A stretch of DNA of 64,000 nucleotides, taken from NCBI GenBank assembly GCA_016748015.1, contig JAAOMT010000226.1, forward strand, positions 287,250-351,249, written 5' to 3'. Positions within the stretch are counted from its first letter, which is position 1; each line of letters starts with the position of its first letter. This document shows, in pieces, positions 1 through 13,700 of the stretch. The notes under the pieces were generated by a model, which worked only from the letters and a program-made list of their open reading frames with translations, had not been told where the DNA came from and made no database searches. A program made the translations under genes and the position numbers. The DNA is from Geosiphon pyriformis uo1 (taxonomy: Eukaryota > Fungi > Glomeromycota).

Positions 1-41
1 TCATATTTATTATATATTTTTTTCTTAACATAAAACACAAG

Positions 42-222
42 TGAAGACTTGCAAACTTACAAAAAAAAAATTCGTGATTATATTCAGTCATGTTGGGTTT
101 ATGAGGATTTTAATCCTAATGATCTTAAATCAGCTTATATATTGCAACAATTTATGCTGTTTAATTCAAGATCTACATTCATCGAAAAACTTTTAGAAGA
201 TAAATTTCAAAAACATTACTGA
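42..222 (+). CDS. Terminal exon of an unidentified host gene (EDLQTYKKKIRDYIQSCWVYEDFNPNDLK...FQKHY*)
   Basis: T-rich tract, CTTAAC branch-like site and AG acceptor at 40-41, then an open frame to TGA 220-222; CpGs retained. Confidence 0.5.
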
Positions 223-3200
223 AATAATTTTAACCAATTTAATTTCCAATGACAATAAAAAATTCTTGGTACTCACTCAATATTTAGAGTTGTTAAAGTG
301 TAAGATTTTTTATGTTAAATATTTTTTAGACCAAATTTTTTCAGAACTGTAGGAAAAGTTTGGAGAGTGGGTAGGTTTTGAAGAATAAATAGGTTTTGAA
401 AAGACTAAAAAATTTTGACACTATTGTTATCACCTATAAAAAAAACAAAGCACACATATAAACTACATATAGAAGCCCAAAAAAATTCTATAAAATTTTA
501 TAATATTCTAAATGTGTTCTTATGCCATTCAAATAATAATTTTTTTATAGTAAATAAAACAATTAAGAAGGTTATAGATGACATTTATTTAGATAGTTAC
601 AAATATGTTTCTAAACTTAGCTGTTTTAAAAATATAATTGGTAAAATGATAATAGATTTCTTTAATTTTACAACCATCTGGCTGTAAAGACTGCACAAGT
701 AATAATAGATTAATATTATAAACAAATCTTAGTAAATTTTTTTATTAATCTAACCAATTCATCAAGGATTTAATAGAACATTTTAGTTGTTTTGCCAATA
801 ATAACAATATATTATATGTCATTTCAAATACTGCTTTTACATATTTTTAGGAGCATTGTAAGTGTGTTCAATATTTAATCTAAGAATTTTAGCTATTTTT
901 CAATACAGTAAATGATTATCTTAAAAATGCATATTCGGTATTATATATTAAAATAAAAAAACTCAACTTAGGTTCTAACACTCCTAAATCTTTTGGAGTC
1001 TTCTCTACCTATAGTATTAATTTTAATAGCATCTGTTAATTTCATCGAGATCTAAAAGATTATCATAATACACTTTGTATTATCTACTTTTTCAAAATGT
1101 TTGAGGGTAAATATTTAGCATTTTCTGAACTAAAATTGACAGTTATGATGAAACAAAAACAGGCAATTGCTTTTCAGTTGCATTGTTTAGTTCATGGAAA
1201 CTTTCCAATAATGACTAGTTCAAAGCATAGTGTTTTTTTTTATATTTATAACACTATTATAAAACAAAATTGAAATTTGGCTCTCTTTTCAATGATAGAA
1301 ATTTAGATATATCAAAGATTCTAGATAATACTTACTTAATTATAGATAATGTTAAAAAACACAACAAAAAACCACAAAAATATTCTTCCCAAGTTAGATT
1401 CTTAAAAATCTACAATAAAATTAAAAAACTATAGGTAAAGTTATCTTGGTAAGTATAATAAATTAATTCATTAAAATCTTATAATAAAATACATTAAAGA
1501 TCTGGAACTGGTAAAGCAAAGATTATTAGTGCAATATAGGAAATATTGTTTTTATAATAAAAAATTATTGCTGTGTAAACTTAAAATAACTATATAAATG
1601 CACTTTAATCTAAAATTTAAATCAATTACTGTATCTAAAAAAATCAATTAACTATACTTCAAATATCTAAAACCAAATATGTAAATTTTTTCAAGTTTTT
1701 AAATCTTAATTGTTCTAAAACAAATCTGTATTTTTAAATAATATTAAGATTAATTATCTTTTCTTTTTATTTTTAACAAACTTTAAGTCCATATTTTTGA
1801 TTAATTTGTTTTTTTTTTTTCTATTTTTAGCTTGCTATTGATATTACAATTTTTAAACTGGTAAACTTATTATTTTCAAAATTTTTTTAAAACCTAAGAT
1901 ACTATTTTTTAAATAAAAAACTCTTATACACTTCATTATTAATTTGTATATTAAATATATATATAAAACTTTTTTAATTTGTGCTTTAAAAAAATAAATT
2001 TTGCCTTTGATCTTTATACTGTATGTAAATTAATAGGTTAATTGATAATGCTAATTAATTGTAAATTTATAATGTTGCTTTGGTTTTATGTTTTTGAATT
2101 AACTTGATGTATTTAAGTAATAGTAATTAAGCTTTTATTTACAGATCTGTTAGAACTATTTGTTTAAGCAAAAAGACAATAGAAAATTTATTTAATGTTT
2201 TTGAGTACTAAAACAACTTAGATTATTTATAATTAAACAACAATAGTTCAAGGAAAAGAAAATATGAAAGAAAAAACGGATTATTGTGATTTACATTTGG
2301 GAAATACTTTACAACATAATCGAAATTAGGTAGAAGGAAATATTAAAAGAGAATACCTTTATAAAGTTCAATATAAACATATTTGCACAGATTTGATAGT
2401 ATTATTTACAATTATAATATTTTTTTTGGTCAAACTTGCAATAGCAATTTTACTACTTTTAAAAGCAATGTCATTTGAATGATTTCTTAAATGTGATGCC
2501 CTTTACAAAATCTTAAACAAAATTAAAATTTCTTATTTTGATAACTTTTTCATAAGCCAAATGCTATAAAATTAATATTCAAAGCAAAAAATTTCTAACA
2601 CTAACATTGAGTAAGTTCTTTTGAATAAGAAACAGCAATAAGAATATAGCTATTTACAAAATTCTAATTTTTTTTCTCTAAGTTTTGCATCTTGATTAAT
2701 AAAATTCTTTTTCCAAATTATTTTCCTAAGTTTTCGACAAGTTTTTCGAACTTTTTACTTTTGCCAGTTGTGTCAACATGTTAGCTATGGTTTGCTTTTC
2801 CAAACTGCTTTTTTTAATACACTTTATTAAACATTGCTTTGCTGTCCAATGTTGCAATTTTTTTCTTGTTATTACCAGAATTTTGAGTATTTTTAGCATT
2901 CTTTGGCTTTCTATACTTATTTAAGTTATTCAATAAAACGGGTTTTTTGCTATTTTTTGCCGTTTTTTCACTACTACTGCTACTAACATAAAGTTCTTGA
3001 ACAAAAAAGTCAAAAATATTTAACTTGAACAATGTTGAGAAACAAAATTAACGGTTTACTTAAAAAATTAGAGAACTTTAACCAAGAGTGTAAACTTTAG
3101 TGACTTCTTGGGTTTTGGTAATTCAGGAATTAATAAAAAAAGAAGTGATATTTTTAATAATTTATATAAATTTAAAAATTAATGGTTTGATTTATTATAA

Positions 3201-3799
3201 CAACCAAATGTATTCCAAGTTCAATTAAACGTTAAAATTATTGCTAGAAAGACCGTTAAATCAGTTCTTTAATTTTAGTTTCTTTGAATGTATTTTAAAA
3301 CTTAATCTTAAAAAACAATTAATATTTAGTATTCATTTTTTGCTTTTTAAACTCATCTTTTTTAAGGTTGGCAAAAAACCTAATGGTTAGCCAAAATAAT
3401 ATTTAAAGATGAATTATTATTTACATCTTTATAAAATCAGAAAGATGATTAAAAATTCTAATATAAATTTTTCCAGGATCATATAGTCATAACTGATTAT
3501 TCTGAAAAATTTAGAATTGAATCCAAATTTTCAGAAACAAATACATTTACTTGTTATTGGCCTGACAGTTTATTTATTATTTGTAATTATCTTATAATAT
3601 TATTTAGAAATATCATCCAAAATTTCTCAAATGTGAAGCAGTTTTCCAAAATAACATAGAAGTAAAGTTTCAAATGTACAGTTTCATTTATTTTAAAGCT
3701 TAGAATGTTTTAAGATTTTTAATATACAGTATGGAACAAAAAAACTAATTTGATTTAATCAATTTTAGTTAAATTGTGGCAAAACTTGGAAAAATAAAT

Positions 3800-4545
3800 G
3801 GAAAGACAAACGGCCAAATGATTATGAATTTTTTTGTGCATTTTACTAATTATTTTGTTTTAAAATTCTTTTGCAAAATGCTTTCATCCAAGCAAGAAAT
3901 GTGGCAACACACTTTATTATATTTCTGAAATAACAGCATATAAAATACAAGTAAAATACAACAGAAAACAAAAACTTTGACAACAAATTTGTCAAAAACT
4001 GGTATAAATATATTTTACAAAACAACAAAAAGATATTTAAAATTTCTTAAATATCAAAAAAACCTTTTTTTTAATAACCACAATGCTTATAAATAAGCAT
4101 AAAAAAAACTGTATAGAATAGGCTTACTAATGTTTAAATAACAATAAAAACTGAACTGTTTTTACAAATAAAATAGTATTTTGTTTATTTAAGAACACAT
4201 TAGAACATTGATATAAAAGTTTGTAACCAATTTGGCTATATCAAAAGACTGAAGAAAAATTTTTGTTTGGGTAGTTTTTATAAAGGAGGAAAATCTAATT
4301 TATTTTGTTTACTGGTATAATGAACGGTGAATTTTACATTGAAATTTTCCACATCCATTTCTCTAAAATTAAAAAAAAACTAGAACGTAAATGGTGGTTT
4401 CAGCAAGATAATGATCAAAAGCACAAATGTAAAATTGCTTAGGCATTTATTGCTAAAAATATCCGCAATGTTATTGATTGGCTTGCCAATTTACCTAACT
4501 TAAATTCAATTGAAAACTTATGGGCTATTGTTAAAAAAAAAGATG
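3800..4545 (+). mobile_element. Degenerate Tc1/mariner (DD34E) transposase relic
   Basis: Manual translation gives WWFQQDNDQKH...WLANLPNLNSIENLW (degraded FQQDNDPKH...WPxxSPDLNPIENLW). D at 4407 and E at 4512 are separated by 34 codons. Upstream PMLINKHKK..E*A and TVFTNK match the Tc1 PxL and FSDE blocks. Stops and frameshifts present; TIRs not found; 5' limit approximate. Confidence 0.8.
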
Positions 4546-5349
4546 CCATAAGATCTAAACTAGTTAATGCTATTTATGGAAATAACGTTGTGTGAGATAG
4601 TAATCGTGAATAATGATGTACTAATTTTTTTTTTTAGTTGAAATGTAATAACCATTTTTCTAAATAAGGTTCAAATCTTAATCTTCCTTTTTCTAATCAG
4701 ATTCCCTTTTGAATTCTGTTTCCTTTAACAATTTGAAGGTTGTTATTTATCCTAAACGAGAAATCATAAAATTTTGACAAAAAAGAAAGACATTAAAAGC
4801 TTCCTTTTCTTTTGTTTCTAAAAGATGCGCAAATAGTTTAGAGATGATTAAACAGGACGACCAAAAATTATGACGATGATGCTATTCTTTTAAAATTTAG
4901 TGTTATCTAAGAGGGTAATGAAAAATTAAAAATTTTCCCAAATTTAATGAATTATAAAACTCTCAGTTATGACCACTAGTGATAACGATTGATCATACTA
5001 TGTTCCATATTGTCAAAATTAAAAGCCCTTCGGCAAAATGAATAAAATAATACAAATGCCTGTAAATTTTTTTTTGAAATCTTTTTTTAAATGAATATTA
5101 AAAACTAATTTTATTTTATGAAATAATGTTATGCATTTTTTTCTAACCCTTTTAATTAACATGATATTAATCGCTGACTATAAAAAATCTTCTAATTCCA
5201 GGCTCAAATATAATTTTATTCCTTAAACAGTAAAGAGTCCGATTGAGAAAAAAGGTGATTTGACATCCGAATCTCATGAAATAAGTAATTGAAGAAAATT
5301 ACATGGGTACATTTCAGGTTAAACGCTACTTGGTGTGAATAATGGTTTC

Positions 5350-5640
5350 TTAGGGCTTTTTGTCAATTTTATTATGATTGTTATTCCCAATCGTATCATC
5401 CTTTTTGCTTCAAACTGTATCGTCATTATTATTTCCAACCCTACTGTCATTATTGTTCCCAACGTCACTTCCAACATTTTCATTGCCAAACCCGTTGTCA
5501 TTCCCACCACTCTTATTTGTAATGACAGTAGGATTTGAAATAACTGAAATTGGTGGGTCTTTTGATAGGCTTAATAGAAATGAGAAAACAAAGGAAAGGA
5601 GGACTAAAATAGTATTGATGTTGATGTGGAAATTTTTGAT
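5350..5640 (-). pseudogene. Small secreted-protein-like pseudogene with 8-aa GNNND repeats
   Basis: Minus frame reads (I)KNFHININTILVLLSFVFSFLLSLSKDPP...GNENVGSDV GNNNDSRV GNNNDDTV *SKKDDTI GNNNHNKI DKKP*. Hydrophobic N-terminus, ATC where ATG is expected, internal TGA at 5410-5412. Confidence 0.45.
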
Positions 5641-5759
5641 TTTTTAAAAAAATTAATATCCAAATAATAGAGTTTGAAGAGAAATTTTCAAAATAAACAC
5701 ACTTATTTCACAACAGAACACTAAAATATTTATTGAACATTCAATTATCAAGTCAAATT

Positions 5760-7050
5760 TCCGACTCTCTAAGTTGTGCCAATTTTTTAGTAAAACGAAC
5801 TTCAGAGTAACATGTCATACGCCTCTTTTTTCTATAAGCAATCAAACCAGCTTTCGTTAAGCAGACACACAACTGTTAGCAAAATATGTTGTGACTAGAT
5901 TGATGTAAATATTAATATTGAGCAATAAATATATAAAAGTATATACTTACCACCCACTTTATAACTGCCTCATACATGGACACAAATTTAGGCATATCTG
6001 ACCAGTCTTTCGGCAGAGAATAGCATCTAAAAAACATATTCAAATATGTTAAGAGATTATGCCCACACTTATTTTAAAGCTTTATATAACAATTCATACC
6101 ATGAAAGTCAAGCATCGTTAATGATGCTTTAATTTTGTAGGCTGTCAATCCATAAATTCGCAAATCAGCAAACAATTGATGTTGAACATTTGCTTTTCCA
6201 ATGATAATATTATTGTAAAGACGGACCATGCTGATGGCATTCTTTATATCATCTTCATCTTGCTTCTTTCTAGAAGCCCTAGGCCTTGCTCCTTCACCAC
6301 AAATGAGAGGATAATTGGTGACATCATTCATATAGCCTATTCCATCTGCACGAATGCATGATTTTTCTGTTTGTAAATGAATTTCACCGCTATGGAAATC
6401 ATATAAACACATTGATTAGTATGACCAGAAATGCTTTTTACAATATTAAAAATCAAATCAGTAAAACTACTAAATATAGTTTCTTCTCCCAAATATCCAA
6501 AGTGCTGCATCGATTATTGGATGCTCAAATCGATTTAGATAAGGTTTCTCTAATGTCTCAAGGTTGGGCAAAGGATTAAGAGCATTTAATTAAAATGCCT
6601 TGAAACTAGATTAATTAATAATAAATCAGTAAGTATTCATTAAGAACTTAATGTACTGTCATCTATGAGATACTCAAGTCCAATACTGAATTAATCGAGC
6701 TTAATATACATCTGAAAAAACAAAAATAGATTAACTAGAACTTGGATGTGGTATCTTCCCAAAGATTCTCTCCATCCCATATTTAGCTTCTTTTTTCTCT
6801 ACAAAACTGTTCGAGTTTAGCATGCAAGTCATCATCAAATTTCTTCTCTCTGATGGTTGATTCAAAACATTATTTTCGGACATAGGCATCATTTGTTATT
6901 TGCGCAAGGGTAATCCTTGTTCCAGATTTCATATATTCAATGAGTTGAAGTGTAATATCTATTGGCTATTGTTATAGCCACATTTTTAACTCTTTTTCGG
7001 GATTGTATGATTTCCTCAAATGCTTTTGAAGATAAATAAGATGCATTTCA
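5760..7050 (-). pseudogene. Multi-exon gene or pseudogene, possibly PD-(D/E)XK (restriction-endonuclease-fold) type
   Basis: Exons joined by GT..AG introns give LETLEKPYLNRFEHPIIDAALWIFGRRNYIYGEIHLQTEKSCIRADGIGYMNDVTNYPLICGEGARP...LTMLDFH and SLPKDWSDMPKFVSMYEAVIKW. RADG...GEGAR resembles a D...ExK/R nuclease motif. Upstream exons contain stops. Confidence 0.4.
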
Positions 7051-7221
7051 TCCTTTTTTGTAATTATATAAAAATTATTGAAAATTATCGAAAATGATTG
7101 GTAATTATAGGTAATTATATATAGTATCTAATATTAATAATTTTGTTATTTATCTTATATTTTTTAAATATATCAATAAGTATGTCACTATTATTTCCCA
7201 TAACATTTATTATTATTTATT

Positions 7222-8170
7222 ATGAATAATTTGAAAGACCTTAAGAATTATATAACGTCTTCCAAGATTCTTCAGAGATACTTGGCTATAATAGTAAATT
7301 GCAGAATAATTATGAGGAGCGAGAAAAAGATTTTAATTGAGAGAAGAAGGGGTGGGATCAGGAGAGAAAAAAATGTTGCCAGAATCTAGTGAGTGCTAAT
7401 ATTGAGATCCAAAAATTATGTATTCATAATTTCAGAACTTGATGAGATTAGGCGCTTCCAGGCTAGAAATTCCCGGAACGATGTTTCTCTTGCAGATTCT
7501 AAGGCTAAGATTAAGCCGCTCCAGATTAAGATAAATTCATTGAAAGATAAGTTAGCATCGGCCCAGAAAGATACATCTTCAGCTCAAAAGGTTTTATTGA
7601 AGAAAATACCTGAATTAGAATATATAAAGGATGAATTGACATCAAAATTCAATGAGTTGGAGCTATTGAAATCGGAATCTGTAATTGGAATAGATAATAA
7701 GGAACAGAGGAAGCAGAGCTTTGAGTTCTTGACTCACCCTATTATGCCTACAATAAAAAATATAATGAATTCCAAAGAACAGGGATTAAAGTCTCCAATT
7801 CATGATATTCCAACAATTAGCAAACCTAGAAAGAATCTTCACAAATTTTTTTACAAAGATTTTTTATCCGGATGCAGAGTAATGTTTCTTCTGAAATAAG
7901 TACGTCTTACTTACAGAGTGAGGAGACTCCTGCTTTTGATATAGCATCTTAGGATATATAGATAAAGTCTAATCTATTATCATCTAAAAATGTAACCTTG
8001 TATCTTGTATAACAGAGAACTCACACTTCCTGTTTGATCAACTCACATTCACAAATTTCAGTAGTAGGTAAAAAAGCAGTTCCTATTATAGCAAGTTTTT
8101 ATGTTACTGCTATTTTTTACCTTGTTGGTAATTGCAGTTGTGTGTTTTATGATCCTAAAACATATTTGAA
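7222..8170 (+). pseudogene. Frameshifted coiled-coil protein gene (core ORF 7393-7899), function unknown
   Basis: 168-aa K/E/L-rich heptad-like ORF; upstream ATG at 7222 and a downstream hydrophobic stretch lie in other frames. Confidence 0.35.
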
Positions 8171-8790
8171 ATGAAAAAAAGGGTCAAGTAAAGTGAAAAG
8201 CAGAGCATCATTTCTTCAGAAATAGCTTTAAGGCTCTGCCTCTAAGCATATAAATCTATTTTGGGATGAATTGATATGAATAAAATATAAAAATAGATAA
8301 AAAATACACAGGATTAGAGATTAATAATATATTAATAAAAAAACTGTGAAACGTGGATTGGCATTTTAAAGTAAACATATATTAACTTGCTCTAATGCCT
8401 GCATTAGAGCAAGCTTTTGTTTATAATTGTAATATTTATCAATGTTAGTAATAGATAAATAAGAGGTTTTAAACATCATGAATTATTCTTTATAAAAGGT
8501 ATTTTGGCTTGAATAAAATAAAAATATCTTGGTATCCTATTTGAGTCTTTCATTAAAACGTTTAAACATAAATTTTTACTAGCAACTTAAATTTCAACAA
8601 TGCTGAATTGATTGCTTTCTTGTATAATTAAAGTCGAGTTTCTGTTCTGTATTTAATCTATTTACAGTATATAATTCTATAACACTTTGATATCCAATCT
8701 TTATCTACAGCAAATGCGATAAATTAGATTTGTGGCCATAAAATTTAAAACCCTCATATTTACACATGTACATTCAGATTCTATTAGTAT

Positions 8791-8960
8791 ATGAGTTAGA
8801 AGGTGGCAACCTTTAACATTGTGAGAAAATTTTTCCAGTAACATTACTCTTTCAGACCATTTCCTTAACCAGTATACAAATATGGTTAGGGGGTGGCAAC
8901 TCTCAACATTATGAAAAAATTTTTTTAATAACATTGTTTTTTTGGACCACTTTTTTAACT
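8791..8960. repeat. Two-copy ~90-bp tandem duplication
   Basis: GGTGGCAAC..AACATT.TGA.AAAATTTTT..TAACATT occurs at ~8802 and ~8891; seen as a 30-aa repeat in ORF 8701-8934(-). Confidence 0.75.
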
Positions 8961-9296
8961 ATTAGTATACTAATACTGTAGTATTTGCTATAAAATTATT
9001 ACTTAATATAGATTATAGAAAAGACTAAATATAGAATATACCAATCTGTAGTAAAACTTTCAATACTCTTATTTTTTGTTCAAAATCAGTTATTTTTGTT
9101 AATGAAGAATTTACTGCATGTTTTGCTAAGTCTTCAACGAAAAGTAATAATTGTAAAACTGTTTCTTTTCTTGTTAAATAAATGATAGTAGCAAAACATA
9201 TAGTGTCAAAAGAGTCTTTTAAAAAAAAAGCTGCAAGAAAAAATGAAGCAACAAATATATATAATATAGATATTCTGTTCTTTTAAAATGTTTTTT

Positions 9297-9680
9297 TACT
9301 TATTTCAGATATAGAAATATTAGCTTGATCCAATTTAGCAAACGTTATTACAGTCTTCTGTCACAATCTATTTAATTGAAGTCAAATTAACACAATCTTA
9401 TTAAACTCAGACAAAGCTGAGATAATCACTTCCTTAAAAGCATCTATAAAATTTTTTTTAATAATTACTACTTAATTCATAACATAAATATATTGTACTT
9501 TTAAAATATTTCTTTCCACTTATTTCAGATATAAAAATATTAACTTGATCCAATTAATAAACTTTATTACAGTTTTTTGTCACAGTTCACTTAACTAACA
9601 CAATTTCATTGAATTTAAACAAAGCTAAAATAATTGCTTTTTTAAAAATATTCATGAAAATTTTCTTAATAATTATTACA
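9297..9680. repeat. Two-copy ~220-bp degenerate tandem duplication
   Basis: ACTTATTTCAGATATA.AAATATTA.CTTGATCCAATT occurs at ~9298 and ~9518 with continued similarity. Confidence 0.7.
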
Positions 9681-9800
9681 CAATTTGAATTATTGTTTAC
9701 TAAAATGTTTTTATTTATAACCAATAATAATTTTTTGAAATTTTGAAAAAGTAAAAACTTTTTTAAACTATATATAGTTAAAAATAATTTTTTTTAACAG

Positions 9801-10732
9801 TATTATTCATAAAAAAAGTACAAAAAAAAAAGTAGAAAAAACAAATAAAAAAATAGTACTTAGTAAGTAAATATAATATTAAAAAATTATAATACATTGC
9901 TTAACAATATGCATATTGTTAGTGAATTATAACACATTACTCAACAATAAGCATATTGTCAGAAAATCATGTCATATTGCTTAGTAATACGCATATTGTT
10001 AAAAAAATAAAACACATTGCTCAAAAAAATATGTAATCTTATATAGCAAGAATTATGTATATATCAAGAATATTAAAAACAGAAAAAACAGAATTAATAC
10101 TAATAATTAGTTAGAACTTATTAATTAACCAATATCTCTTCCTTCAAAAAGTAGTTTTTTACAACTTGAAATAGAATCAAATCATATATTAATAAAATAT
10201 TGATTAATACCTGAATTCATGTTATTATTATTTAATTAAAAAATATTAATTACTTCTATTTTATTAACACTTCATGTTGATAGAATCCAACATTTAATTA
10301 TACTGGACCAATAACTTTTGATTATGGCTATTAACAAAATATTAATTTTTTATTTTCTTTTCTTATTTTCTTTTTATTTTTTTTTATTTTTTTTATTTTT
10401 TTTTATTTTATTTGTTGTTTACTAATTGATTAAAAAGATTAAGCACTAAGTATTTTATATCAAGAATAGTCTAATAAAAAACCCAGAAATAAGAATAGAA
10501 ATTTAAAAATAGCTTATTAGAAAAGCATAACTGCCAAAATAAACTAGCTACTATACTAAAAAAGAAGATTTATAAAAGAAACCATTAATTGAATTTCTGT
10601 TTATTATACAAAAAACTCAACCAAAATTTTCAGATTCTAAAAATCATTAGAAATTACCAATATTATTAACTATTGAGCACCAAGTTACAGATTTGTTATT
10701 TGTTCTAACATTTTAAATAAACATTTATAACA
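9801..10732 (+). repeat. Element A 5' LTR
   Basis: Direct repeat of 49369-50291; ends TATAACA followed by PBS-like TTTAATGTTCTTAGTGAG. Confidence 0.9.
9891..10025 (+). promoter_or_regulatory. U3 array of 40-bp tandem repeats (~3.4 copies) in LTR A
   Basis: Units start at 9891, 9931, 9971 and 10011, each with an ATTGCTnAGCAAT-like palindrome; a TATA-like TATATAT follows near 10058; mirrored at ~49475-49610. Confidence 0.7.
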
Positions 10733-13700
10733 TTTAATGTTCTTAGTGAGATATAATTTAACAGAAAACCAACACCAATATCAACCATTTAAAAAAGTGA
10801 CAGACCAAGAAATTATAAGAGAAAACCATTTAAAATTTGTGAAATCTTTATTTTAACATTAATAAATTTAATTTAAATTAACAAGTAATTATTGGTTAAC
10901 AGAATCAGCTTTTAATTACTATGTTAACAAAAAAATTAAATTCTACTTAGAAGACCAAAAAAATCCAGAAGTTATTCTTAACAATTTCTATAGTGAATTA
11001 TTTCAAAACACTACACTTCTACTAAACCATTTGTTTCCATTACTAATTACAGAAATAAACAAAAAAATTGAAAATTACACTTAACAGAAATTTTTTGTTA
11101 CTTTCACAGATAAAAAAAATTTATAAACTTTAGCAGAAACACCAAAAAAATTACAACTACCAAATTGAAAAAAACCAAGAGTCATTTTACCTATTCATTT
11201 ATAATACCATCATATATCCAGAAGTATTATATACATACTCTTAGAATCTGTATCATCATCAACTATGAAAACATTATTACTTAGAGTACTATTCTAAAAT
11301 TATCAAGAGAAAGCCAAATTATTAAAAACTTATAATAATTACTTTAAAGAATTTAAATTGTGATTAACAATACTATTAAGACTTCAATTACTGTTATCTT
11401 AACCAGATTTCGAATCTATCAGTTATTGGGAAGATACTAATTCAGAAGAAAAAAAAGACAATGATCAAAAAAACAATAATCAAGACCTAATCTCAAATAA
11501 CTCAAAAATACAAACTTTGATTATTTAAACTCCACAAAACTTGAACAATTCAAACCTCATTTTTATTATTTAGTAAGACTTACCTTTAGTAATTGTGATC
11601 AATTCACCAGTTGTATTAATTGTATCACCATAACAACAATCTCAACCATAATCACAACAAGAATTACTAGCACCAATAGCATATGTATCTATTGTCAAAC
11701 TCGAGAAATTCATTAACAAAAAAGACAATGTCCAAATATAATTAAATAATATTACCAAAACAATTACAATTAATAACTGAGATAACATTAAAGCTTTTTA
11801 AGCCATTTTTTACTTCTTACAAAATACTGCTAACTTATTATATTAAAACTTAATCAACAAGTTACAAACCTTTAACACATTTAAAACTGTGTTTCTGTAA
11901 TAGTTTAGCAATCACAACAGCATCAATTATCTGTTAACTAGTTTTACTATTATTAAACAGAGTAATACAAAAGCAATCACTACTTACTTAGAAAACTTCC
12001 ACAAGAATCTATGCCAAATTCAGACAATCTAAGTTAACTACTTTACAAAAACACAAATTTTAAATTAGTTTATTTGTAAATTATACAGCAGCTTATTACA
12101 ATGAGTACATTTAATGCACTTAAATACTCTTTAAAATGCAGTAACTTATGCCAGAAATTTTGAATTGGCCAAATTCAAAGCCAATTATATCCAAGCTGTT
12201 AACTTAGTGATAAATGGATCATTTGAATTGAATACCAAATTGAAGCAATTTGGTAAAATTATTAATCAAAAAATCAAGAAATATTTCGTTAATAATCAAG
12301 CCATCTATTAGTCTTTTCAATACTATAACAATTAAAAAAACTCAAATTATTTCCAGAATTAATTGTGCCTATCATTTTCATCAACCAATTAATTATGACA
12401 GTAAGAAACACATATCTGTTATTATTATAATAAATAAAAACACTTAATATTAAACTACTATACAAGATTAAATAATTAATAATCAGAAAATCAATATTAA
12501 AACTCCAATCAATGATTTTAAACTCTAAATTACATCCAAAATCAGAAATTATATCAATTTTATTACACTTCAATAATACAACAACCAATATACTTATCTC
12601 TATTATATCAAATTCCAGCACCATTTATTTATTAGCCACAGCCACAAATTATTTTTCAACCCTAACCAATTCAAACACTACTTTAAAACATAGTTCAAAT
12701 ATTAATTAGCAATCAAAGACTGAAAATTACTTACATACAACAGAATTAGAGATCAGCAATAGTAATATACTAATCAATTTCTAGTTTATTAAATCAGTCA
12801 TAAAGATCACACCAGTAAAGTTTAAGAAGTAAGTATACTCAAAATTTAAATTTCCAAAACTATTTAAGTTTTTTAGTCACCTCAAAAACCAACTTATCCA
12901 ATAATTTGAAAAGCCTAAAAACACTAATTATCAGTAATATTCTACTAGCAATTATTATTGAAAACAAATCACTTGTAGCTTTATTTCTCTTTAAAATAAA
13001 AGAATCAACAATACCACTTTTATTTATTAAAGCCATTTTTAATACCAAATCAATCACTGCTATATATACTAACACTAAAGTTAATGGTTATCTTATTAAG
13101 CTAATTTTTGATAATAGTTTAGTAAACAGCATCATTATATGACAACTTATAGACTAATTAAGTTGTTGAGTTGATTATACTGCCAATACCAGAATAATTT
13201 TAGCCAATAAAACAACAAAAACTTCTATTGGCAAAATTGATGACTTTCTATTTAAAGTCAATGTATTATAATACCTATTAAGATTTTTGTGATAAAAGTT
13301 ACACAGTACTAAGCTCTTATTGGTAATAATTAGCTATTTAAGACTAATGCCATACTTGACTAGATTATGCAAGAGCTATAGCTCAGTTAAAATGGTCAGC
13401 AAATTTAGATACCAGCTACTTACAGATACTTTAAAGCTCTTTCAAGAAAACAATCATTGATTAAGTTGAAAGAAAAAAAAAACCTACTTGAGAAGTCTAT
13501 TAAGTCTTATAGACTAAGAATAAACACAATAAATTATTGTTAATATTCACTTGAAACAATAAAAGAAAAAAGAAAGAAGGAAATGAACCAGAAGTCATTA
13601 CAGTTACTAAAAAAATAACCAGTAACTAGAACTGATCATATTTTATAGACACCAAAAAAAAACTGTTGTATATTTTACTTAAATACATCGACTGTAACAA

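Noticed and set aside
2400-3050. Possible degraded gene on the minus strand (ORF 2814-3032)
   Set aside because: No recognisable motif or splice structure; cannot be supported
9891-10025. CRISPR array
   Set aside because: Head-to-tail degenerate 40-bp units with no unique spacers, duplicated in both LTRs, no cas genes, eukaryotic context
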